A stretch of 62,953 nt of DNA, counting the filler, from Octopus bimaculoides (lineage: Eukaryota), in assembly GCF_001194135.2 (NCBI RefSeq). It is 6 parts of 6 records of this genome, joined end to end, with 100 filler letters (N's around TTAATTAATTAA, not from the genome) between each part and the next. Parts side by side here need not be neighbours in the genome. Positions count along the whole stretch, not along the records: positions 1 to 19,931 come from NC_069006.1; 5 more parts are not named here. One strand, written 5' to 3'. Position 1 is the first letter of the stretch, and each line of letters starts with the position of its first letter. Shown piece after piece: positions 1-12,010 of this stretch. A program made the position numbers and the translations under genes. Under the pieces are notes generated by a model. The model did not search any database, was not told the DNA's origin, and saw only the letters and a list, made by a program, of their open reading frames with translations.

Positions 1-285
1 CCTATCGGCGACGCCAATAAACTCTGTTATGTTTCCCTCGGATGACTCGTAGAGATAACATGAGTTATACAGTTTAATTATTACATTTATTGTTCAATTA
101 CATACAAAGAACGCACTCACCCAATGTTCGTTATGAATAAACAAAAGTCATGTCCCCCATATATATATCAATGACATTTTACTACGACAGTCCCACAAGA
201 CAACAACAATGAAACAATGAACTCAGACGAACCACATGACACACGGAACGTCAGACGAATTACATATCTAACAGTCCATATAACA
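1..285 (-). mobile_element. 5' LTR (about 261 bp) plus primer-binding site of an LTR retrotransposon whose internal region lies left of the window
   Basis: On the minus strand, 285-25 starts TGTTAT and ends ATAACA, with AATAAA at 91-86. After an 8-nt spacer, TGGCGTCGCCGATAGG (16-1) matches the complement of a tRNA-Ser 3' end (TGGCGTAGTCGGCAGG, recalled) at 12/16. TSD cannot be checked. Confidence 0.6.
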
Positions 286-329
286 TAAACATTGGAGATG
301 CTTTGTCCCACGCAGAAACTGCAGGAATT

Positions 330-2250
330 ACTCAAAGGTATGTCTAGCTTCTGAGTCCATCGCAGCTTGACGCTAGCTTCTCAAGTATCATCTACAGGTA
401 TCTCAAGGTCGCAAGCATTATGCCCCTCAGAGCCTGTACGCTTCACCCGAGTAGGGCAACAAAGACTGGATTAGTCTTTGCTTGTGGAAGGGTTCCACTT
501 CAACTGGTTTCACCTGCCATATTAATCTCCTTGGCTGCTTTCCTCATTTGTGTTCCAGGCCAATTTTCTGAAGGAAACAATGCACTGACCTGTTTGGAAA
601 ACCATGGAAGCTGACTTCAATAGGGAATGAGGCCACACAGCATCCTTTAACAAGTACCTCATCGACCAAATCTTGATATTTGTCCTTAGAGAGCATTTAA
701 TTCAGGCGTGATGGTCGTCTTTTTGCCCTCCTCTCTATAGCAGGAGCACATCTAGTCAGTGATGTTACTGCCACCTCTTCCAGGTAGATGAATTTACAAT
801 TCTAGTTCACTTGAAACTTCCACTTTGGGGCTGGATGGAAAATATAAAAAAAAGGACCTACCTTGCTGTTGCTTTCATAGTAAGGTTATTTGGGGTTGGC
901 AAGAGGTCAGCAATGGTATGCAGGATGACGGACAATTTTACCTGTTTAGTACACCAGTACCCACAAGAATTGTGGATACTTGAGCTCTAGGTCCCGCTGT
1001 ATCTAATGTCCCTTGTAGGCAAGCCCTAGAGTCTTCAACTGACAATTTTCCTCTGTTNNNNNNNNNNNNNNNNNNNNNNNNNNNNNNNNNNNNNNNNNNN
1101 NNNNNNNNNNNNNNNNNNNNNNNNNNNNNNNNNNNNNNNNNNNNNNNNNNNNNNNNNNNNNNNNNNNNNNNNNNNNNNNNNNNNNNNNNNNNNNNNNNNN
1201 NNNNNAATGTCCCTTGTAGGCAAGCCCTAGAGTCTTCAACTGACAATTTTCCTCTGTTGAATTGTGGATTCTTTGCATTACGAGATTTTTCTCTTGCTCC
1301 CGATATTGGTGTTTTTCCATATCTTGGCGTCGTAATTTCCAAGTCCTTCTCACCCTTGGTAGACTGATAATCTCCTGGTGTTTCCATTACATCTTCATTT
1401 CCTGCACACCTTCCTCGCCCTTCCACCTGCTGCTGCCCTTTGTGGTCTTGTTGGCATATCTCTTTCGTCCTCAGATGGAAGCAATGTGCTAACTGTTCTT
1501 GCTTTGATAGCTTTGAATTCCTTCCCAGCCTTTCCATTGCTTCTACTTGAGTCTTTGCGAAGTTGTAAAGCAAGAAAAGTTTCTACAGTCTTGGTATGAT
1601 GCTATACAGGAAGCACCATTCTTTCAACATTTCCAAGTAACTGGCATTTATTAACTTCCCTCAGACAGTTGTTTAGTTGGGTCTTTGTGTCTTAGGCATT
1701 ACCGTTATCCTTAAAAGTACAATTATAATTCTTCTCAAAGCATCAGACCTTTTTTTCTTGGATTATTGGAATCTAAGACCCTTCAATGCTGAAGATGTTA
1801 ACTGCCAGCCTTCCTTTGACGATGCCCAGGCTCTAAGATTTTGTTTCATTGAACTTCATATGTGATCATGCAGACAAGTTTCCCAATGAGTTCACTGTCT
1901 GCCATGTCTTTTGGATTGATGGTTTTATGACCATTATTCTGGCCCTGCAGCATGGACATCTGGTGTTTTTTATCAGTTTCTGGCCCCCTTGACTGCTTTC
2001 CTCCCACTAATAGCTGTAATCATCATAGGGCCATTGAAACTGAGCACTTTAATACTCTTTTCCTGACTCTGCCATTTGGTGGTGAAATTTCCCACATTAA
2101 ACCTAATCTTCAGCAAATCCATGTAATTATAATCTCATCTACTGCTTTTGCTACTTCAGTGTACTTTGGATTAACTGCTGGGCCTTGCAGAAATCTATCT
2201 ATACTGTTGAGAGTGTGTTGTTTTTCCTCTTTGCCTCCTGAATGACATGG
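330..2250 (-). mobile_element. HERO-type (restriction-like endonuclease) non-LTR retrotransposon, 5'-truncated and decayed
   Basis: Manual minus-strand translation across frameshifts gives, in the expected order: IRFNVGNFTTKWQ, HMKFNETKS*SLGIVKG (RT), KEWCFLYSIIPRL..VEAMER, YQG*EGLG, WKFQVN..EEVAVTSL and KDKYQDLVDE..FPIEVSFHGFPNRSV..FLQKIGL (RLE domain, PIEVGCRGF-like). Confidence 0.85.
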
Positions 2251-2529
2251 CCAATTGCTGACACACGCACACACACACATATATATATATATATACACAC
2301 ACACACAAACATGTATATATGTTTGTGTATCTGTGTTTGTCCCTCCACCATCGCTTGACAACTGATGTTGGTGTGTTTACATGCCCATAACCTAGCAGTT
2401 CAGCAAAACAGACCGATAGAATAAGCACTAGGCTTACAATGAATAAGTCCTGGGGTCGATTTGTTTAACTAGAGGTGGTGCTCCTGCATGGCCACAGTCA
2501 ACTGAAACAAAAGAATAAAAGAAAATACT

Positions 2530-2897
2530 ATCTTTTTTGTTTCAGTCATTAGATTGTGGCCATGCTAGAGCACCACCTCAAAGCATTTTCAATTGAAATG
2601 AATCAACCCTAGTACTCTTTAGAAAAAATTATTATTGAGGTCAATTCTATCACTCTCTTTTGTCAAACTGCTAAATTACATGGACATTAACAAACCAACA
2701 CTGGTTGTCAAGCAGTGGTAGGGGACAAACACAAAGACACACATGATGAGTTTTTTCTCAGTTTCCATCTACCAGATCCACTGACAAGGCTTTGGTCGGG
2801 CTGAAGCTGAAGTAGAAGATACTTTCCCAAGGTGCCATGCAGTGGGACTGAACCTAGAACCATGTGATTAGGAAGCAAACTTCTTACCACACAGCCA
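2530..2897 (-). mobile_element. SINE family A (tRNA-like head, CORE-like segment, internal microsatellite, tail)
   Basis: Minus strand has an A-box-like TGGCTGTGTGG, a B-box-like GTTCTAGGTTCAGTCCC and CACCTTGGGAAAGT. The tail is shared with many copies. An oppositely oriented 3' half lies at about 2320-2525. Confidence 0.85.
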
Positions 2898-2949
2898 TTT
2901 TTTTGTGTTAATTCAAATAAGATTGGAAAAGATTAAAATAAATGGCAAA

Positions 2950-3236
2950 AAAGAACTGCTGGATGGATTCGGATGAAACTTTCAGAGATGTTTGGCCTCA
3001 AGTTTTTGCACGAACTGATTAGATTTTGGGATCAATCCGGTACCAGACAACGATTATTTTTCCTGTTTTTTTCACTTAATTTTTGAGAGTGGTCGGGGTT
3101 CATTTTTAGTATTCTCGTTTGTGAGAGCAGTCGAGTTTATTTCAGATATTCTCATTTTAAAAATCATCTCTGGCTAATTGTTGAGAGGACGTTGGTGTTC
3201 TTTTGGTGGAGGTTTGCGCTCTCTGAGTGCTCGTTT
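2950..3236 (+). mobile_element. Helentron/DINE-1-like (HINE) non-autonomous element, 3' part
   Basis: Contains GGATGGATTCGGATGAAACTTTCAG..GATTAGATTTTGGGATCAATCCGG and ends GGTGGAGGTTTGCGCTCTCTGAGTGCTC, a typical HINE 3' subterminal signature (recalled). Confidence 0.55.
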
Positions 3237-3629
3237 CAAACTGTTTCTACCCTTGGATGGGATTTGAGAGACTTCTTAAGATATGTTGATACTCTGAACT
3301 GAAGGATAGCAACTGAACGCTACTGTCTTGGTGTCTTGAAGTCAGGAATAACCCATCCACAATTTGGGAAATAAGAAAAAAAAAGTCATGTCACATTCAA
3401 TCTGGTGGGAATTATGTTGGTTTCTTTTCCTTTTGGTTTCTCCATTTTGGAACTAAGTGAATATTTCTTTCCTTAGTGGGGGAATTCTGGTGGGAATTAT
3501 GTTGGTGGGGGCAGAGAGGGAGGTGTCATTATTTTCTTGTCTAATGGAAAAACTTGCTCAAGTTTGCCTCCAAGGTAAAATCAGGTAGTCTTATTAAATT
3601 CTTGTTTATCTTTTAATTATCTTCTATCT

Positions 3630-3965
3630 TTTACGTGTTTCTGTCATTGGACTGTGGCCATGCTGGGGCACTGCACTGAAGGGTTGAGTCGAACAAACTG
3701 ATCCCAGGACTTTTTTTTTAAATGGTGTCTGATACTTATTCTGTCAGTCTCTTTTTTCTCTACCACTAAGTTATGAGGACATAAATGAACCAACACCAGT
3801 TAAGTGGTGGTGAGGGACAAATATAGACACACACATATATACAACAGGCTTCTTTCAGTTTCAGCCTAACAAATCCACTCAAGGCTTTGGTCAGCCCCGG
3901 GCTATAATAGACACTCGTACCAGGTAGCATGCAGTAGGTCTGAACCAGGAACCATGTGGTTGGGC
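3630..3965 (-). mobile_element. SINE family A copy
   Basis: Collinear similarity to 2530-2897 and 55582-55918. Confidence 0.8.
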
Positions 3966-3990
3966 ATGTGTGTGTACACACACACACACA

Positions 3991-4483
3991 TGTAGAGACC
4001 TTGTTTGGTCCTACCTGAGATTCAAAATCGAATCTAGAAATTCTCCCTAGCCATATGGCCTATTGTTCTGTCGAGTAATGCAGTTCTATGTGTTTTCCAC
4101 TTAACTCTTAACTTTTTCTATGCCATGAAAAGTTGAGATAGATAATGAGTGACCTACGTTAATTTAGCCATTGTCAGAACAGTATACCTCTTTTTCTAGC
4201 TGATCTGCATACTTATAAATACTAGCAGTTTACAGGATAAAATCAGTTACTGAAAAGTGACCGACAAGGGAGTAGGCTGACCGGCTGGAAAAACAGGTAT
4301 ACCATGCCAACAATGGCTAAATTAATGTAGGTCATTCATTATCTATTTCAATTTTTCATGGCATAGAAACGGTTAAGTCATATAGATCTGTGTTCTCCTT
4401 TGATAGAACAATAGGCTGTGTTGCTAGAGAGAATTTCTAGATTTGATTTCGAATCTCAGGTAGGACCAAACGAGGTCTCTACA
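3991..4483. mobile_element. Fold-back MITE with about 200-bp terminal inverted repeats
   Basis: TGTAGAGACCTTGTTTGGTCCTACCTGAGATTC at the left end pairs with GAATCTCAGGTAGGACCAAACGAGGTCTCTACA at the right end. Complementarity continues inward to about 4190/4290. Flanked by (CA)n and (TA)n. Confidence 0.9.
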
Positions 4484-4534
4484 TATATATATGTATACAT
4501 ATACATACACACATACAAAGATAGGATCCCTCTT

Positions 4535-4755
4535 CAGCTGAGTGTTCCTAGTCTTGCAAGGTGATGGGTGCCAGTGCCATGTATAAAGCACCCAGTACAC
4601 TTCGTAAAGTGGTTGGCGTTAAGAAGGATATCCAGCCATAGAAACCATGTTAAAATAGACATGGAGCCTTGGCAGCTCTTCAGCTGGCCAGCTCCTGTCA
4701 AACCGTCCAACCCATGCCAGCATAGAAAGTGAACGTCAAATGATGATGATGAATA
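4535..4755 (+). mobile_element. RTE-type LINE 3' end with (GAT)n tail
   Basis: GTAAAGTGGTTGGCGTTAAGAAGG..CCAACCCATGCCAGCAT..ATGATGATGATG. Related copies on the minus strand at about 14925-15260, 50530-50840 and 59503-59680. Confidence 0.7.
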
Positions 4756-5339
4756 CACATAATATATACAATGGACTTCTTTCAGCTTTTGTCTACCTAA
4801 TCCACCTACAAGGCTCTGATTAGCCTGGGGCTATATGGAAGATACTTACCCAAGGTGCCTTGTATTGGGACTGAGCTCAGAACCATGCGATTGGGAAACA
4901 AGCTTTTTTATGACCCAGCCACTCTCATTTAATTCTGATGTATGGAAAAAAGTTCTGACAGAATGGTGTGTTTAAAGAAAAAAAGAAAACAAATGAATAA
5001 ACTTCGCATCGAAAAAATAAAAGATTTTACAGGCAAAATATGAAAGTATATATAAAAAAAGATAGAATATAAGTAAAAAAAAAAAGTAATTTTGTGAAAG
5101 GTATGATGAAAGACGAGGAGGTGAGAAAATTTGGTAAAATTTTTGAGTAACACCCGCACGATTTTTACTAAATCATGTACTCTGACCTCCTAATATGCTG
5201 CAAATNNNNNNNNNNNNNNNNNNNNNNNNNNNNNNNNNNNNNNNNNNNNNNNNNNNNNNNNNNNNNNNNNNNNNNNNNNNNNNNNNNNNNNNNNNNNNNN
5301 NNNNNNNNNNNNNNNNNNNNNNNNNNNNNNNNNNNNNNA

Positions 5340-5749
5340 AAAAGAAATAATGGAAAAGAAAAAAAAGAAGAATTAATTTTTATTGTGACTGTTGTTACGA
5401 AAGCACGCTCTGGGTGGGGTGGAGTAGGGTAGGGGGCTCTGAAACATTTGAAAAATACAGATTTTTCTTTTTAAAAATATTTCTTTTTGGTAAATTTGTT
5501 TTGCAAGGCGGGAGATTATTTCAAATGCCGAAAAATTCCCCGAAAAAACTTCGACAAAATTCCAATGACTAACACAGGTAAAGTGTAAAGATAGATAAAT
5601 TCCTGCACAATTTTTGTGACCTCTGTATGTGGATGTGAGAAATAAATAGCAATTGGGTTTCCCCGTGCCATATAGTTGGGAGTTTACTAGAGGAAACTGT
5701 GTGGAAGTCAGTAATCACACACTCAAACACACATTTCTTTTATAATAGA
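5340..5749 (-). mobile_element. Helitron/HINE-like element 5' region
   Basis: Minus strand begins TCTATTATAAAAGAAATGTGTGTTTGAGTGTGTG, a Helitron-like 5' TC start. No 3' hairpin or CTAG was found. Confidence 0.35.
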
Positions 5750-6446
5750 AACAGGTTGCATGAAAACGTGTCAATTTGTGTCTGGTGTGCGACCAATTGA
5801 AGCACTTCGTGTTGCGTTGGTGTTTTGTTTTTCTTTTGTAAAATATATTCCTTTTCACTGCATTATTGGAAATTGTAACAATAATTTTGTCCCTCCCAAC
5901 ATTGTAATAATAAATAAGCCTATCAGATGCTGCAGATAGAAAAACCCGGATTAAATTTCAAAAAAAAAAAAGGAAAAAAAGGGAAATAACTCTAGTCTTC
6001 TTTATTTTTTCTTGTTGACGTGGCTTGAGTTGAACAGCGAGGTTGGAGTGGAGTGGGAGACAAGAATGGGTCTGTGCGGTTCATACTTCTACAACAACCT
6101 CAATCACCACCACCACCACTACTGTTACTACTACTAGTCCTAACATCACGACGACCACCACCATTACAACCACGATCTTAACCGCCACCACCACTACTAC
6201 TACTACTCGTTTAACCCTGGTCAATCTTGACCAAGCAGTCTTGATGTAAAACATTCCAGCCGTGACCGTTCTGTCGGTTTCCTATGCACAGCGAACCGAG
6301 AACTACATTGTTCTGTGTTCTTTTCTAAGAGAGTGGCGTGTAATTTGGGAGGTGATTTGACTGCGATTTCTAGCAGGGAGGGCGACCATGTAGAAATTCA
6401 CGCGTGACTTGTTTGGTCCTTATATTTAACAGTTAGGACGTTGGTG

Positions 6447-6620
6447 AAGGCGCGTGGCCTAGTGGTTAGGGTGTTGCACCCACGATTGCAAGATTGTGGT
6501 TTCGATTCCCGGATTGGCAAAACATTTCGTTTCACATTGCTCTAGTTCACTCAGCTGTGAGTGTGTAATCTGTGACGGACTGGCGTCCCATCCAGGGGGA
6601 TTATTGTCTCGGTTACTTAT
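6447..6620 (+). mobile_element. SINE with family-B head and an alternative tail
   Basis: GGCGCGTGGCCTAGTGGTTAGGG (A box) and GTTTCGATTCCC (B box), followed by TGTGACGGACTGGCGTCCCATCCAGGGG. Confidence 0.7.
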
Positions 6621-6752
6621 AAACCATGGAAACCAAGTAATCAACCCAATGAGTTCAAGGACCCGACACAGTAAAGATAATGGGTTAGGGGCCATCTACA
6701 AATTTCAGATCGAAACGGGTCTTAAATCCTTATGCAAGTCCTTTCATCATAC

Positions 6753-7672
6753 TGTAGTGAAACTACCTATCGCCATTATATACAAAACTACTATCGCCAT
6801 TATATTCAAACAAACTATCTTCTCACTATTATATATAAACAAGCGCGGGCGTAGTAGAAAACATATTTCCCTGTCATCACGTGACTGATTATTATTTGAA
6901 GCGGCAACTGCTTGGTACCGTTCCCGCCAGAACGCAAACTGACCAACCGTGGGCCCCTAATAAGGTCACGTGATAGAGTATTTTTCTGATGCCTTTGGGA
7001 GCCTACCATCAACTATAAATAGCCTAAATTCAGCGGCAAAATTCGTCTCGGTTCAGTTTCTCTTAGAGACTGTTCCGTGTACCACACAGATCAGCAGCAG
7101 CAGTTCCAGCGACTACATCAACACGACTCTACGACTACTACCAGCATCGCCAATATCATCATGATTTCTACGTACACCAGCTACCAAACTNNNNNNNNNN
7201 NNNNNNNNNNNNNNNNNNNNNNNNNNNNNNNNNNNNNNNNNNNNNNNNNNNNNNNNNNNNNNNNNNNNNNNNNNNNNNNNNNNNNNNNNNNNNNNNNNNN
7301 NNNNNNNNNNNNNNTCTGCTGTATCTCACGCATTCACATACCTTTGTGCACACACTCTTTTGTATACACACTATTTTATTTACATGACGGCCTGTCTTTT
7401 ATTATGTTTTCATTATGTCGCATTCACACTCACACACAGACATACATATTAACGCTACAATAAATATTTCTGTTATTCATCTCAATCGGTTGTTCAATCG
7501 TCTTAATTACTGGCCATTTACGAATTCACTATGTTATCGTAGTATAACATATTTATATATCATCTTTGATATAATTTTTGTGTTCGACCGTGTGACGCGT
7601 TTAAATAAAAGGAGTCCTGTTTTTCCATTCGTCACCATTTCTCCTTTTTGGGTTCGCACGGTCGTCCTTACA
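6753..7672 (+). mobile_element. Solo LTR (Gypsy-like, 4-bp TSD)
   Basis: Starts TGTA and ends TACA, with ATAC on both sides (6749-6752 and 7673-7676). TATAAATA at 7014 and AATAAA at 7604. Contains an N gap. Confidence 0.8.
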
Positions 7673-7681
7673 ATACTATAC

Positions 7682-7964
7682 TGGCGCTCCACCGGTTACG
7701 ACATCGGGTCAATGGAACAGCCTGCTCGTGAAATTAACATGTAAGTGGCTGAGTACTCCGCAGACACACAATCTCGGGGAGATCAGCATGACATAATCTA
7801 ACAAGGCTGGCTCCTTTGAATTACTGGTACAGCTCATTTTTGCCAGCTGAATAGACAAGAGCAACAAGAAATAAAGTGTCTTGTTCAAGGACACAACAGG
7901 CCGCCCAGAATCGATCTTACGATCGCGAGCTAAATACCCTAACCATTAAGCCACTCAGCTTCAC
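7682..7964 (-). mobile_element. SINE family B
   Basis: tRNA-like head at about 7964-7890 and the shared tail CAGCCACTTGCACGTTAATTTCACGAGCAGGCTGTTCC. A tail-only copy lies at about 8825-9000. Confidence 0.8.
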
Positions 7965-9093
7965 CTTTCCAATATAGACAGTGACTTACATTAGATTTTT
8001 CAAGTTGTATTTTCATTCCTGTGCCTCTAAAATATTCTGGTGATAATAAAATATAAATAAAACTGACATCTTTTCGAGAACGGTTATAAAGTTGTAACTG
8101 AATGTGTTGGCTGACTTCAGCTTATCTGAATAAAGTTGTCATTGATAAAACTTGAGCAAATGTTTCATTCGGTGTGTACTGGAAGGACCAGATAAAACAA
8201 TGTACTCTTCATTCAGAACAACGATAAACCTAATCAGTAAATAAAATAAGCTTTGTTAGCGATTTTTTATCTGCAAAAATTCTGGTAAAATTATCAAAAT
8301 CAAGATGCAGCATGGAGGTCACGATCTCAAAGTGACGAAAATATTTTGGCAAATTAAATGTAAATGTTGAAGTGAATCTAACGGGGGTTTTTTTTTGGTG
8401 TGTTTTTAAATGGCTTATAAACACCTTCCATGTTGCAATTGTTATCAAAATTCGATTTAATACGCGATTTTGATTTCTTGGGTTTGAGATAAGAGGGACC
8501 TTGAAATGTTTTTCGATATGTTTATTTAGTAAAAGATTATTCCCCGTGTTAGCGCTAATGCAGTGGATCTCGGCTATTTTAAAAACCTATGGATCCCTTT
8601 GAGTCATATCTTACTCCGCTTGACCCCCATAACCATTCGATGTTTAAAAAAGTCCCATTATATTTTTATAATTAAATATTACTAGGAACTGTATTTAAAA
8701 AAAATATGTTAAAATGTTTTGTATATTGTAGAATTATAATCAATTTATTTCACAAATTTTAACACCAAAAGATCATACTGCTGAGAGGCAATGTGTTAAT
8801 GTAACTTGAATTGGTGCCCAAATTTGTTGGCACTCCGTCGCTTACGACGTCGAGGATTCCAGTTGATCTGATCAACGGAACAGCCTGCTCGTGAAATTAA
8901 CGTGCAAGTGGCTGAGCACTCCACAGACACGTGTACCCTTAACGTAGTTCTCGGGGATAATCAGCGTGACACAATGTGACAAGGCTGACCCTTTGACCCC
9001 AAATACAGCTGGGGTTATCACCAAACTAACAGAACCTTTTAGAAATGCCTCGTTTGGAAATAAATAAATTAGGTTTGACATCTGGTGGATATT

Positions 9094-9529
9094 CTTTTCT
9101 AGTCTTGGCACAAGGCACGAAATTTTTGTGGACGAGGGAGCAGTCGATTAGATCGACTTCAGTACGCAACTGATATTTAATTTATCGATCCAGAAAAGAT
9201 GAAAGGCAAAATCGACCTCGGCGGAATTTGAAGTCAGAACGTAAAGACAGACGAAATACTGGTAAGCATTTCGCCCGGCGTGCTAACGTTTCTTATTTCT
9301 TTACTGCCCACAAGGGGCTACTCACAGAAGGGACAAACAAGGACAGACAAACGGATTAAGTCGATTACATCGATCTCAGTACGTAACTGGTATTTATCTA
9401 ATCGATCCCGAAAGTATGAAAGGCAAAGTCGACCTCGGCGGAATTTGAACTCCGAACGTATCGGCAGACGAAATACTGCGAAGCATTTCGCCCGGCGTGC
9501 TAACGTTTCTGCCAGCTCGCCGCCTTAGG
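9094..9529 (-). mobile_element. Tandem dimer of family C SINEs inside one 13-bp TSD
   Basis: Head GGCGGCGAGCTGGCAGAAACGTTAGC, B box GAGTTCAAATTCC and core GAGGTCGACTTTGCCTTTCAT, with most of the unit occurring twice. TCTGGTGGATATT at 9081-9093 and 9530-9542. Confidence 0.9.
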
Positions 9530-9656
9530 TCTGGTGGATATTGAAGTAGTTTTGATATGCTTGGGGTGAGTAAAGAATTATTTCTGTTGACATTACTGCA
9601 GCAGGAAATGAGAACAATATTGTTGAAGACTTGGAAATATCTCACGTAAGCACAGA

Positions 9657-9965
9657 CATGGCTGTGTGCTTAAGAAGTTAACTTCGCAACCCCATGGTTT
9701 CGAGTTCCATCAAACTGCACGCCACCTTGCGCAAGTATCACCCACTATAGTCCCAGACCGACCAACACCTTGAAGCTCGTCGTGTGTGTGTTTTCACTCC
9801 CACTGCTTGACAATCGGTGCTGGTTTATTTACGTTCCAATGAACTGTTCGTCAAAAGAAACCGATAAAATAAGTACCAGACTTATCAAGTGCTGGGATCA
9901 GTTTGTTCAACTAATCGTACAAGGCAGTGCTCCAGCATGGCTGCAGTCTAATGACTGAAACAACA
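9657..9965 (+). mobile_element. SINE family A, degenerate
   Basis: TGGCTGTGTG head, CACCTTGCGCAAGT, and GCTCCAGCATGGCTGCAGTC tail. Confidence 0.75.
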
Positions 9966-10456
9966 AAATAATTAAAAAAGATTGCAGTCGGTTCCAAAAT
10001 ATACTTTATATATTTTCTGTTCCATTTTAATCCCAAAATCTTCATTGTTGGTGCCAGTTATAGATTGGTCTGATAACTCTTTTGCAGTTTTCTCGCTGAC
10101 TTTCAGCCATGGTTAGGATTCCAGCGAATAGTTTTATGGCTTTCAAACGGACTGAAGGCGCGTGGACTGGTCTCTTGGGGTGTTGGGCTGGCGATCCTAC
10201 GGTCCTTGGTTCAATCCCTGAACCGAGTCACGCTTAGATCTAAGATTAAACAACAACATTGGTTTCATATGATATTAAAATTTAATTTTATCGACACGGG
10301 ACACGGTTCGACCGCTCGAAATAGCAGCCAAACCCGTCCTAGAAATATTTTATTGTTTTTAAAATAAGTAGGACATATTGGCTAGTTGTTTTAACTTTTG
10401 GAATGATTGACTTCCGTACAAATTCTGATCTTGAGTGTCACATGTGTGTATACAAA

Positions 10457-10487
<31 letters not shown>

Positions 10488-11774
10488 ACAATGCGTTATT
10501 GTTTCGTATACAAAGGGGCAACAAACTGGCTGATGTACTACTTCACCGGAAATAAATACTTAGCGGCTTCCGGTTACTTACGTTCTGAGTTCAAAGTTCC
10601 ACCGAAGTTGATATTGCTCTTCGTTCTTTCGGGGTCAATGATGTAAGTACCAGTTAAACACTGGGGTCGATGTAATCGACCTAACCCTATTCACCACCCC
10701 CGAAATTGCTGGCCTTGTGCCAACATTTGAAATTGTCGTTTCACTTGAAAGCGCAGGTGAAGAAGTTCGTTTCCCAACTTCTCTTTCGGTTCGACTCCAC
10801 TGCCTGGCTTATCAGTGAAATTTTGTAGAGGGAAATTATAGAAACTCATTAAGTGGATTCTGTTTGTAATTCCACTGGCCAGATCTTGTCACAGACTGTG
10901 TCACGCTGATTTTTGCCTGACAATCACAATGGTATGTGTGTGTACGGAGACCCACCACCATTGTCTCATAATTAAAAATTCTTTCAGTGAAATTGCAGTC
11001 TTAAGGGAGACTAAAGTTGTCTCCCTTTTAAAATATAATATATGGTTTGTCATTATTTATCTCCCTTGCACTCGCATTTTCCTTCCATTAAGTTGTTTCC
11101 CCACTACTTCTAGATGAACACACACGTAAAAGAACAAAATACAAAAGAAGTCGTATATATTTGGTTCAGACAGGAAGAGAAAGTCAGTTATATGTATATA
11201 AATATTTGATTGTCATTTTATCGACCCCAGAATGATGTGTTTAACAGTATACCTTGGTAGAATTTGAACACTAGATGACACAAACTAAATATCTACTGCT
11301 CTAACAGTTCCGACAATTTACTTCTCGTCTTCTACATCTTTCATTGTCGAAATCCTTTAGTTACCAATATTTTCAGATTTCTCTGAGAATATTTTTGGCT
11401 GTCTTTTTTCTCTCTCTTCTGATATCTATTCACTTTCAGGGTAGCATTTACTGGTTTTCTCTTTCCCCTCTTAAATATATGACGGAATCTCCCTTCGAAA
11501 ACGACGCACGAGTGTTTAGTTTTTGCTGAACAACCTGCATAAATAATTCGTTTTTAATGATCAACCGTATGTGCCACACATTAGCTCATTCTCTCTATCA
11601 AATCCATGTTGCCTGAACAGGAGCACCGTTTATCCATCTCTGGTGATGAAGTGCTTTGCTCAGGAACACAACGCATCCCTCAGTCCAGGAATTCAAACCA
11701 TGATCTCACGATCATCGGGGCAACACCTTCATCACTAATCCATGCGCCTTTACACACGCACACACACATACAAA

Positions 11775-12010
11775 CACATGGCGGCGAGCTGGCAGGAACG
11801 TTAGCACTCCGGGCGAAATGCTTAGCGGTATTTCATCTACCGCCACGTTCTGAATTCAAATTCCGCCGAGGTCGACTTTGCCTTTCATCATTTTGGGGTC
11901 GATTAAATAAGTACCATTTACGCACTTGGGTCGATATAATCGACTGAATCCGTTTGTCTGTCCTTGTTTGTCCCCTCTGTGTGTAGCCACTTATGGGCAG
12001 TAAATAAATA
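11775..12010 (+). mobile_element. SINE family C
   Basis: GGCGGCGAGCTGGCAGGAACGTTAGC..GAGGTCGACTTTGCCTTTCATC..GTCTGTCCTTGTTTGTCCCCTC tail. A more degenerate copy lies at about 10555-10740. Confidence 0.9.

Noticed and set aside
1005-1258. 53-bp direct repeat around the first N gap (a similar case at 55135-55265)
   Set aside because: Identical sequence on both sides of a gap is an unmerged contig overlap, not biology.
3401-3506. 21-bp direct repeat TCTGGTGGGAATTATGTTGGT with a 64-bp spacer
   Set aside because: Only two copies, consistent with a local duplication or TSD. No further structure.
3477-3574. Plus-strand exon-like segment (also 5508-5577, and minus-strand 7991-8027)
   Set aside because: Splice-like signals are common in AT-rich DNA, the peptides are unrecognisable, and one lies within a repeat.
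6090-6210. Thr-rich ORF 6043-6249 (also poly-Ser/Ile ORFs at 38415-38667)
   Set aside because: Degenerate trinucleotide repeats with no supporting splice or start context.
8000-8820. Repeat-like AT-rich tract that may be a DNA transposon end
   Set aside because: No TIR pair, TSD or coding motif could be identified.
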